This document shows, in pieces, positions 15,813 to 22,984 of a stretch of 22,984 nucleotides of DNA. A program made the position numbers and the translations under genes. Source of the DNA: a virus. Where the stretch lies: the IMG/VR virus record IMGVR_UViG_3300002293_000042; one strand, given 5' to 3'. The number at the start of each line of letters is the position of its first letter. Within the stretch, counting starts at the first letter, position 1. The notes under the pieces were generated by a model. The model made no database searches. It saw only the letters and a list, made by a program, of their open reading frames with translations, and had not been told where the DNA came from.

Positions 15813-16826
15813 ATGGGAGAACGGAAAGTTGGATTGAAGAAGGAGGCAAGTTTTGGTGTGGCCCAGTCAACGGTGTCATACTATGCTGAACTCAGCAGTT
15901 TCAACCCGAAAATTGAAGGGGAGAACCTTGTACGTGAGACACTATCAGCGAGGGCCCCCAAAATAGTACGGCCCGGCCAGTACAGTCAGAGCATCGACTT
16001 TGAGGGGTACACTGACCTTGAACGCATCGGCCACCTACTCTACGGGTGCCTTGGCGAGTACATTTACACAGAAGGGACAGGGGACCAACCGAACACTCAT
16101 GAGATATACGGGGGGAACACACGGTTACTGCCATCATTCACGATGTTCGCCGGTTACGATGAATTCAACCGTAAATACGCGGGGACAATCATCAGCAACG
16201 TTAAACTGGACATGAAGAAAGAAATGATAACATTCAGCGGTAAAGCAGTCGCTAAGACCTCTGAGGACATCACATCATTACCCTCTGAGCCATCACTACC
16301 CACGGGCTTCGTTGACACTCCACTCGCATTCTATGAGGCCACAGTGAAGATTGATGATGCTGTCCTCCCGGCCCCCGCACAGAACCTGACGGTGGAGATT
16401 GAGAATGAAATCAAAACTGACCTTGCCTTCGGGTTGGGTTCCAGGTTCATGCAGATTCAACCACCTGCACAGTCACGTACAGTTACCCTTGAACTTGACA
16501 CAGCGATACTTAATGACCAGTGGAACAGTATAATCAAGAAGGCGGAGTTCGGATCCTCCTCAGCCACAAGCCCGGGTTACAGTGTAGGGGAGGTGTCAGC
16601 TGAAGTCACATTAACGCCGATGGATAATTCGGGTAATGAGATGACAATTAAAATGCCATCCGCCACCCTCGAGGTGGATTACGGTATCAAAGGCACAGAT
16701 GTTATAGATCTGAAGTTCAGTATGAGTGGATTGCAGAAGGGTACAGTGACTAAGGTGGGTGGCGATACACTCACAACAGACATCTACATACTACTCAAGA
16801 ACCACATGAGCAACCTGTCAACATAA
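15813..16826 (+). CDS. Major tail (tube) protein
   Basis: RBS GAGGTGA. N-terminal VGLKKEASFG motif, LPSFTM, beta-rich composition. Followed by a terminator and the chaperone/TMP genes. Confidence 0.8.
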   Translation: MGERKVGLKKEASFGVAQSTVSYYAELSSFNPKIEGENLVRETLSARAPKIVRPGQYSQSIDFEGYTDLERIGHLLYGCLGEYIYTEGTGDQPNTHEIYGGNTRLLPSFTMFAGYDEFNRKYAGTIISNVKLDMKKEMITFSGKAVAKTSEDITSLPSEPSLPTGFVDTPLAFYEATVKIDDAVLPAPAQNLTVEIENEIKTDLAFGLGSRFMQIQPPAQSRTVTLELDTAILNDQWNSIIKKAEFGSSSATSPGYSVGEVSAEVTLTPMDNSGNEMTIKMPSATLEVDYGIKGTDVIDLKFSMSGLQKGTVTKVGGDTLTTDIYILLKNHMSNLST

Positions 16827-16850
16827 CCGCACCCCACCTATTTTTTTTGT
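16827..16850 (+). terminator. C-rich plus T8 terminator after the tail tube gene
   Basis: CCCCACCTATTTTTTTT at 16832-16848. Confidence 0.65.
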
Positions 16851-16880
16851 AGAGAAGAACACGGGGGAGTTGATTTTTTT

Positions 16881-17177
16881 ATGATGCTAAAAACACTTAT
16901 CAGGCGTAAGGACATTAAAGCTCAGCTTTTGGAGAAGGAGAAGCTATTCGTTAAGGATAATCCGTTTTTAAGGTTTGAGGCGGTGTTTGTTTCTGGTTGG
17001 AGGAGTCACTGGACTTGGATCGTGAACATCATCCGTGCAGTCACCACAGTTGAGGGTGATGTACAATCCCTACAGGGGACACTCACAGAGGTGCAGGAGG
17101 CACTGGATGACCTCACAAGTAGGGTTGAGGCGATAGAACAGCAACTGAACCCCGAACCACCAGAAGGCGGGGAATAA
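16881..17177 (+). CDS. Hypothetical protein with a C-terminal coiled coil
   Basis: RBS GGGGGAG. Heptads VEGDVQSLQGTLTEVQEALDDLTSRVEAIEQQL. Confidence 0.7.
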   Translation: MMLKTLIRRKDIKAQLLEKEKLFVKDNPFLRFEAVFVSGWRSHWTWIVNIIRAVTTVEGDVQSLQGTLTEVQEALDDLTSRVEAIEQQLNPEPPEGGE

Positions 17178-17194
17178 ATCATATACTAATTGAG

Positions 17195-17614
17195 GTGATG
17201 ATTACCATGGTACTTGATAAACTGAGCATACTGAAAGGAGTGGAGAAAGTAGAAACCGTGCACATCGAATCCCTTGGCGGTGAAGTCAAAATAAGGCCCC
17301 TCACCAGTGAGGAATGGATTCAGATCAGTATGGAGGAGCAGAAGGGACTCGGCGAGGTGGAGGTGAATGTGGGTTCCCTAAGGCAGACTGATGGGACACT
17401 GAAGATTAACCTCCAGAAACAGGCTGAGGCCTCCTTCAACGCCAAAGTCAAAGCCGTGAGCCTCGCATTATCATGTGATGGTGAGGAATGGGAGCCGGGG
17501 GAGGTTAAGCAGTTACTACCCGGTGTGATCGATGAAATCTATGCTAAAGTAATGGATATCAGTGGGGTGAATGTGGAGGAATCAGAATTAGACCAATTTC
17601 ATCCGGAGCGATGA
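17195..17614 (+). CDS. Tail assembly chaperone (lambda gpG analogue; likely start 17207)
   Basis: Lies between tail tube and TMP. GGEVKIRPLT..E motif, acidic, ends EIYAKVMDISG. Confidence 0.8.
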   Translation: MMITMVLDKLSILKGVEKVETVHIESLGGEVKIRPLTSEEWIQISMEEQKGLGEVEVNVGSLRQTDGTLKINLQKQAEASFNAKVKAVSLALSCDGEEWEPGEVKQLLPGVIDEIYAKVMDISGVNVEESELDQFHPER

Positions 17615-17771
17615 CGGGAAAGAAATACTCATCCTTGATGATTTAGGTTATAAGTTGAGCGAAACACAGAAGGATTTAACCCCCCTCCAGAGGGCCTTCC
17701 TCATTAAGGGCCACGCATACCTCATGGAGGAGAAGAATAAGGTCTTGGATGCTGAATTAAAAAAGTATTAG
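17598..17771 (+). CDS. Start-less downstream chaperone ORF (gpT analogue), probably reached by a +1 frameshift at TTT-C (17597-17600)
   Basis: The +1 frame is open from 17592 to TAG at 17769-17771: FIRSDDGKEILILDDLGYKLSETQKDLTPLQRAFLIKGHAYLMEEKNKVLDAELKKY. It fills the gap up to the TMP start. Confidence 0.7.
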   Translation, partial: FIRSDDGKEILILDDLGYKLSETQKDLTPLQRAFLIKGHAYLMEEKNKVLDAELKKY

Positions 17772-20700
17772 GTGCGTGTTAAATTCATGAAGGTTAATGT
17801 TGAGATTGTGCTCAGGGCGGTGGATCGTGCCTCAAAGGAAGTGGGGAAACTCAGCAAATCATTTAAGGAAGTGGGGAAGGCTGGTGATTCAGCATCCAAG
17901 CAGGCCACCGGCTCCTTCAGGAACATTGACCGGGGGGCTAAGAACTCCACCAAAGCCATCAACAATGTTAACAGTTCCCTTGGGAATCTCGGTAAGGGAT
18001 TCACCTCGACTTCCCGGTCGGCGAATTCATTCACCTCCACCTTGAATAAGTCGATGCGTGATGGTTCACGTGCAGTCACCACTCTACGCACCTCCCTCAC
18101 CGGCCTCGACGCCGGCCTTAAAAGGAACTCATCAACTGTTAGGCAGACCCAATCAGCAGTCACCGGCTTTGGGAGGACAGCCATCTCAACGTTCCATCAG
18201 GTAGGGTCAACCTCAAGTGCCACCGCCCAGAGGATGGCCAGCAGTATGTCCACAGCATCACGTGAGATGAGCAACAGCCTGATGAGTGTTCAGCGGACTG
18301 CTAACCTGACAGGGGACAGTATCAGTAGACCCATCATCACAGGAACACGGCAGGCCAGCACCGGTTTCGGTAACCTCTCCCGGGTATGGTCGAACACAAC
18401 CTCCGCCCTACGCAAGGGTATTAGTAGTGTGGTGGATTCCTTTGGTAGCCTGAATGGGGCGATTGGCGGGGTTATCTCTGGATTCGGTACTCTTGAAATG
18501 GCGAGCATCGGATTTGGGGGTGCTATGAACCGTCAGCTCCTCGAGTCGTGGATGCGTATGAAGATAAGCACCGCACAGGCCCGGGAGTACTCCAAGGTTA
18601 TCAGTGAGGTGAACATGAAGTCACCTGCACCGTCCAGTTTCATCAACCAGTTACTCTCGGGGGCTGTGGTGAGGCAGACTAACCTTTCAGCAGGGGCCCT
18701 CAAGTTGCTGGGTCAGAGTGCATCTGATTACTTCGCGGCTTCACAGATGATGGGTAAGAGCGCAATTGAAACCCAGATGGACTTAATCGAGTACATCCAG
18801 ACAGGGAACACCAGCCAATTGGAAAGGGACAGTATAATTAAGAACCAGATCGATAAATTGAAGGATCAGGCCACGGTGGAGGCGAGGATCAAGGCCCTGA
18901 ACGAGGCCCTTGTGAAGGAAGGCTATAAAGGTATTAGTCAATTGGATTCGGCTAAGATTAAGTTTGAGGAGTTTAAGGGTCGAATAGAGGAGACTTTTAT
19001 TGTTATTGCTTCGAGGATGCTCCCAGTGGTGGATAAGATCCTCACAGCCTTTAATAATCTTGATAGTGCAACGGGGGGTTGGGCTTCCACTATCCTCGTG
19101 GTTTCCGGTGGTTTTATAGCTGTGGCGGGTAGTATTGGTTTCGCTTTATCCACACTGCAACCATTCACCGCATCTTTATCATCTATTACTGGTATAATTC
19201 GTGCTGGTGGTTGGGCAGGGGTATTCAGTGAACTCGGCAGTAGAATATCAATGGTCACGGGTGTTTTCAGTACTCTACGTGCCCGCATCCTCGAATCAGC
19301 CATGGCTCAGCGGTTGTTTAATGCTGAGGCGGGTGCGGGGATTATTGCAACCCTCAGGATGAGTGTGGCCTCAGGCCTCGCTGGGATTAAGAATTTGTTC
19401 CTTGCGGGGGCTACTAATCTTGTGGCTGGGGCTCAGGCCCTCCTCAATGCTGTTATGAGCATGAACCCTATCGTCCTCGTTATCATAGCGATTACTGGGC
19501 TCATCGCCGTCCTATTGTACCTCTGGAAGACTAATGAGGGTTTCCGGCAGGCAGTCATGAAACTCTGGGGTGCCTTGCAGGGACTTGGCAATTATATTAT
19601 GGGTGGTCTTAGGAAGGCTTGGGATGACTTCATGAAATCCTTGGATGGTGTGAGGAAGGCGATGGAGCCATTCATATCAGCCATTCAAGGGTCACTCACC
19701 AATGCATTCAACACACTTAAAGGTGGTGTGGATTGGGTTATCAGTGGCTTGAAAGGGTTGCTCGCCCCGGTGGGCCCCGCTGTGAGCGGATTCCTAAGGA
19801 TGGCCTATGCTATTGTGTTCACAGGGGACGGGGCCAGGATGCTCATAGATAAACTCGGCCCACTCGGTTATGTCCTCGCATGGATCATCAACCCCATCAG
19901 GACACTGTTCTTCGCATTCCAACAGTTAAAGTTGGCGTGGGATCAGTGGGCGAATAGTGTGGAGGGCCGTAAAGTACTAAATGACTTAGGAGTCGCCTTT
20001 AATCAGTTAAAGGAGGCTCTCAGACAACTCGGCGAGGCATTCCAGCCAGTCATCGATGCATTGAAGGATGCATGGGGTGAGTTCAGTAAGATATGGAGTC
20101 CAGCAAATGAGACGGGTAAAGCATTGAAGAAGGCGGGGGATGGTGCTAAGGAAGTCGGTGATAAAAGTAAAGGTGCACAGGGCCCCTTAGCCATATTTGT
20201 TGAAGCGATCAAGGTGGTTGCTTGGATACTGCAGAATGTGGTTATCCCCGCACTCAGGATATTCATCGGTATCATCACATTCCTCACACCCATCATACGA
20301 ACAATAGCCTCAGCTTTCGCCATGCTCATCGGTGCCCTCACATGGCTCGGGGGGATAATCTGGCAGATCATATCAACCCTATTCGCATTACAATCAGCAT
20401 TCACCTCCGCCTTCGGCGGGGCCCTCGCATCCGCCTTCCAGTTCATCAGCGGTATCATCTCATTCCCCGGGCAGGTCCTTGGGATACTCTGGCAGGTGAT
20501 CACGGGGCAGATCTCATGGTCACAGGCCATCCAAAGGTTGATGAGCACCACAGCGATGCGGATGGTGATGGGATTCATAAGGTGGCTCATGGGACTCCCC
20601 GGCAGAGTATTCAGCATACTCTTGCAAGTCATAAGTCGGGTCACTGGATTCAGTCCAAGGGCCCTCAGCAGTGCCGGTAAGGTAGGGGCTAATATCATTA

Positions 20701-22400
20701 AGGGCCTGGTTCAGAAGGTCAGCGAGGCACCCGGGAAGGTCTGGAGTGAGATGCTCAAGATCGGGGAGAGGATCATGCAGGCCGGCAGTGACCTCTACAA
20801 TAAGGCCAAAGAGGTCGGTAAGAAAATCCTCAACGGACTACTCGGTGCCCTCGGGATTAAATCACCCGGATACATGTACTATGCGGTTAGCGGGGAACTA
20901 ACAAGGATAAGTAAGGAGTTTAAGAACCGTACCGGTGAGGTTAAGGGGGCTGTGGAGGGTTACGGTGAAGCCATGGTTAACTCCATGCGTGGTTCAGTGA
21001 AACTACCCGTACCCGAAGCGAAAGTCGACGTCAGTGGTGCAGTGTCAGGTGTTAATGAGACCGTGAGTAATGTGGCTGGGGGCCTTAAAGGAGTCACCAG
21101 CATATCCGCTGATGCAATGAAAGGAGTCATCAACACCACACAGGAAGGTATTAAGGAGTGGACTGGCCTCTACAAGACCGGAACAGGTAACATCCAGTCA
21201 GTCATGGATTCAGGCCTCAAAAAGGTCATCGAGGTTAATGCTAAGGGCCAAGTGAAAAATCAGGCCATCCTTAAATCAGGCACTGATGGTATGGTTAAAA
21301 CCACCAAATCCGGTTTAGAATCCATTAAACGATCATGGAATGATATGAAGGGTAAGGTCGTGGCCTCCGCTAACGCCACGAAGACTCAGGTCACCAGTCA
21401 CATATCCACATTGGGGGGTAATATTAAACGGTTCTACAGGTTGGTTCAGAATCCCGGCGGTGCAGGTGGCCCCGCTGGGCCCGGCCCCATAGGTGCGGGG
21501 TTCATGAGGGGTTTGCGTGTCAGCGTACCCTGTTCTACATGCAGTGCCCCACCCTTACCTTTAACTTCAACTAATGGTGAGGCATTAACCCGACCCTTAC
21601 CTGAGATGCAGAGGAGAACAGTACGGATTAAAAGGATAGTTGAGGAGTACATGAAATTCTTGAAGGATCCAAGATTTGGATTCGGATGGGATTACAGTGG
21701 TGAATGGATTCCATGGGTTAAGGAGAAGATTGGTTCTTGGCCTGTTAATTTCCTTCCCGGTTTGAAGGTTAAGGTGAAAGACTTCGCCACATGGCCACCA
21801 CGGGGCCTCGCCGGTAACCTCATAGCATTCAGGTCATTAATGTCAGCGATTATTGGCCGTACAAGGTATGCTTTCTATTATGGTAGCAGTGGCTTGTCAC
21901 CGGCGGAGTTAATCCGGCGGGGAGCCTTTAATTGTTATGATGGGGCCCGTATAGTCACCGCTTACGCCCGTGCATTCGGTTTACCAGCCAGTATCCGCTG
22001 TGGCTTATCATGGAACGGTATAAGGCATTGTGCGGCGAATGTCGGTGGTATGTGGTTCGATACAACTGCATTCCAGCATGGATACGGTTGGACAAGTCCG
22101 GCTGTGAAGGGTTACGGTGGAGGGGCCTATGTGGAGTCAGCACTCAAAACCCATGCCCGTGCAGGTGCCGGTGCGGTGGTGAGTCGGGATGTCGGGGTGT
22201 CACTGGATCATAACGTCACCCTCGAGGTTAAAGTTAAGGGTGATGGAGTCAGTGCATCTGAAGTTAAATCCGCCTTGACTGATAAGGGTGTGATTGATGG
22301 TATCAGGCGGGGCCTTGTGGAGGATGAGGGATTCAAGTCAAGGTTGTTGAGGGTGATTGGTGAGGCTATTAGCCGGGAGGAGCGGTACTATGGATTGTAA
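17772..22400 (+). CDS. Tape measure protein with a C-terminal transglutaminase-like (Cys-His-Asp) domain (likely start ATG 17787)
   Basis: 1542 aa after the chaperones. VEIVLRAVDRAS N-terminus and the classic LNAVMSMNPIVLVIIAITGLIAVLLYLWKTNEGFRQAV motif. Periodic W/F amphipathic repeats. NCYD...H...WFD near the C-terminus. Confidence 0.93.
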   Translation: MRVKFMKVNVEIVLRAVDRASKEVGKLSKSFKEVGKAGDSASKQATGSFRNIDRGAKNSTKAINNVNSSLGNLGKGFTSTSRSANSFTSTLNKSMRDGSRAVTTLRTSLTGLDAGLKRNSSTVRQTQSAVTGFGRTAISTFHQVGSTSSATAQRMASSMSTASREMSNSLMSVQRTANLTGDSISRPIITGTRQASTGFGNLSRVWSNTTSALRKGISSVVDSFGSLNGAIGGVISGFGTLEMASIGFGGAMNRQLLESWMRMKISTAQAREYSKVISEVNMKSPAPSSFINQLLSGAVVRQTNLSAGALKLLGQSASDYFAASQMMGKSAIETQMDLIEYIQTGNTSQLERDSIIKNQIDKLKDQATVEARIKALNEALVKEGYKGISQLDSAKIKFEEFKGRIEETFIVIASRMLPVVDKILTAFNNLDSATGGWASTILVVSGGFIAVAGSIGFALSTLQPFTASLSSITGIIRAGGWAGVFSELGSRISMVTGVFSTLRARILESAMAQRLFNAEAGAGIIATLRMSVASGLAGIKNLFLAGATNLVAGAQALLNAVMSMNPIVLVIIAITGLIAVLLYLWKTNEGFRQAVMKLWGALQGLGNYIMGGLRKAWDDFMKSLDGVRKAMEPFISAIQGSLTNAFNTLKGGVDWVISGLKGLLAPVGPAVSGFLRMAYAIVFTGDGARMLIDKLGPLGYVLAWIINPIRTLFFAFQQLKLAWDQWANSVEGRKVLNDLGVAFNQLKEALRQLGEAFQPVIDALKDAWGEFSKIWSPANETGKALKKAGDGAKEVGDKSKGAQGPLAIFVEAIKVVAWILQNVVIPALRIFIGIITFLTPIIRTIASAFAMLIGALTWLGGIIWQIISTLFALQSAFTSAFGGALASAFQFISGIISFPGQVLGILWQVITGQISWSQAIQRLMSTTAMRMVMGFIRWLMGLPGRVFSILLQVISRVTGFSPRALSSAGKVGANIIKGLVQKVSEAPGKVWSEMLKIGERIMQAGSDLYNKAKEVGKKILNGLLGALGIKSPGYMYYAVSGELTRISKEFKNRTGEVKGAVEGYGEAMVNSMRGSVKLPVPEAKVDVSGAVSGVNETVSNVAGGLKGVTSISADAMKGVINTTQEGIKEWTGLYKTGTGNIQSVMDSGLKKVIEVNAKGQVKNQAILKSGTDGMVKTTKSGLESIKRSWNDMKGKVVASANATKTQVTSHISTLGGNIKRFYRLVQNPGGAGGPAGPGPIGAGFMRGLRVSVPCSTCSAPPLPLTSTNGEALTRPLPEMQRRTVRIKRIVEEYMKFLKDPRFGFGWDYSGEWIPWVKEKIGSWPVNFLPGLKVKVKDFATWPPRGLAGNLIAFRSLMSAIIGRTRYAFYYGSSGLSPAELIRRGAFNCYDGARIVTAYARAFGLPASIRCGLSWNGIRHCAANVGGMWFDTTAFQHGYGWTSPAVKGYGGGAYVESALKTHARAGAGAVVSRDVGVSLDHNVTLEVKVKGDGVSASEVKSALTDKGVIDGIRRGLVEDEGFKSRLLRVIGEAISREERYYGL

Positions 22401-22445
22401 GTTTTTTGTGTTGAAGTTGCGTTGTGTACTCAATATTTTTTATCA
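22401..22445 (+). terminator. Possible oligo-T terminator after TMP
   Basis: T6 at 22402-22407 and a second T tract near 22436-22441. Both lie inside the 5' part of the track ORF 22357-22734. Confidence 0.35.
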
Positions 22446-22488
22446 TGCCCTCTGTGGGGGTTATGTTAAGGTCACGGGGGATGAACCA

Positions 22489-22734
22489 GTGGTTGGTGAA
22501 TGGGTGGATCAACTTGATGATAAGGGGATACTGGTCTTTAAGGGCCCATTGCCTGGTTCATTTCTTGGTGTTTCCTTTCCACCATTCCCTTTAATTATCC
22601 TTAATGAGGATGGGGGCTTGGTGGTGGAGGTCTTACTTCATGAGTACGGTCATATAAGGGCGGGGGTCAGGTCGGGTGAGGAGGAGGCTGAGTTTATTAA
22701 GGAGAAGTGCTTGTGGAGGGGTGACTTGGTATGA
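22489..22734 (+). CDS. Small HExxH zinc-metallopeptidase-like protein (ImmA/IrrE-like); likely start GTG 22489, alternatively ATG 22390
   Basis: IILNED...VLLHEYGHI...EEEAEF resembles the ImmA/IrrE I-x-x-N...HExxH...E-x-x-A pattern. GGGGG at 22476-22480 precedes GTG 22489. ATGA overlap with the next gene. Confidence 0.65.
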   Translation: MVGEWVDQLDDKGILVFKGPLPGSFLGVSFPPFPLIILNEDGGLVVEVLLHEYGHIRAGVRSGEEEAEFIKEKCLWRGDLV

Positions 22735-22984
22735 TGCAGGATATAACAGGAGGTATTAGTAGGGATGGGAACCTCCTCGGCTACGTGGACCATAAAAACC
22801 CGCTAATATTCCAAGATTCGTTTGATAGTGGGATACGGTCGGAGTGGGGTAAATGGGTGAATAGTGGGACATGGTCAGATTATATCCAATCATATAATGG
22901 GAAGCTCAGGATCCAATACACTGGAACTGGGGCGTATTATGGAGGGGTTTTTTACCCTCTACCTGCTGGTGACTGGGAGATAAG
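22731..22984 (+). CDS. 3'-truncated tail-associated protein, beta-rich or possibly lectin-like; not in the ORF track
   Basis: My translation: MMQDITGGISRDGNLLGYVDHKNPLIFQDSFDSGIRSEWGKWVNSGTWSDYIQSYNGKLRIQYTGTGAYYGGVFYPLPAGDWEI..., open to the window end. ATGA coupling with the upstream stop. Rich in W, Y and G. Confidence 0.65.
   Translation, partial: MMQDITGGISRDGNLLGYVDHKNPLIFQDSFDSGIRSEWGKWVNSGTWSDYIQSYNGKLRIQYTGTGAYYGGVFYPLPAGDWEI

Larger units (their letters stand above)
1..22984 (+). mobile_element. Segment of an archaeal head-tailed (Caudoviricetes, siphovirus-like) virus or provirus, probably infecting Methanobacteriales
   Basis: Co-oriented terS-terL-portal-MuF-protease-MCP-neck-tail tube-chaperone-TMP order. 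Archaeal-type RBS (GGTGA, GAGGTG) and oligo-T terminators. No sheath gene. No integrase or att site in the window, so free virus versus provirus cannot be decided. Confidence 0.93.

Noticed and set aside
6099-17185. CATAT(A/G) upstream of RBSs at 6099, 14291 and 17180 as a late-promoter motif
   Set aside because: Too short and AT-rich, and its spacing to the start codons is inconsistent.
20222-20680. 152-aa His-rich same-strand ORF overlapping TMP
   Set aside because: His/Pro/Thr richness and lack of stops follow from the local A/C-skewed codon use. No convincing RBS was seen.
522-21652. About 40 minus-strand ORFs in the track (for example 12713-13162, 17768-18184, 20003-20698)
   Set aside because: All lie antisense to well-supported plus-strand genes, show no recognisable motifs, and have the Ser/Leu-rich composition of shadow frames.
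22357-22488. N-terminal 44 codons of the track ORF 22357-22734
   Set aside because: They overlap the TMP end and T tracts that look like a terminator. A better RBS-supported start exists at GTG 22489.
1-22984. CRISPR mini-array, tRNA, att site, integrase, DGR or IS element
   Set aside because: No spaced direct repeats, cloverleaf-like sequence, recombinase, reverse transcriptase or transposase motif was visible, and intergenic gaps are too short.
1-22984. Restriction-site avoidance (CTAG looks rare; GATC and GGCC are common)
   Set aside because: I could not count reliably by eye, and CTAG is under-represented in many prokaryotic genomes. An observed/expected tetranucleotide calculation would be needed.

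Overview
This window is a 23-kb, entirely plus-strand segment of a head-tailed dsDNA virus or provirus of siphovirus type (long tape measure protein, tail tube, no sheath). The host is most likely a pseudomurein-walled methanogen (Methanobacteriales, Methanothermobacter-like). That is an inference from GGTGA/GAGGTG ribosome-binding sites, oligo-T terminators, a TFB-like zinc ribbon, an archaeal PriL-like domain and a transglutaminase-like Cys-His-Asp domain. Bases 1-5564 are a replication/recombination block: an RHH regulator, a Bet/RecT annealase, a chimeric primase-helicase, a SWIM protein and two paralogous multi-zinc-finger proteins. After a terminator/promoter at about 5565-5680 come a TFB-zinc-ribbon protein, two small membrane proteins, TerS, TerL, portal, an extended MuF protein, protease-scaffold, major capsid, neck proteins, tail tube, tail chaperones, the tape measure protein, a small HExxH protein and a truncated tail protein. 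The most notable observations are: a putative pseudomurein-cutting domain in the tape measure protein; a MuF C-terminal extension followed by a small orphan gene; the mosaic replication protein; a likely +1 frameshift in the tail chaperone; a likely ATT start codon; four small genes or ORFs missed by the ORF track; and abrupt A/C versus G/T switching at third codon positions. All family assignments come from motif recognition by eye, not from database searches. No integrase, att site, tRNA or CRISPR array was seen.
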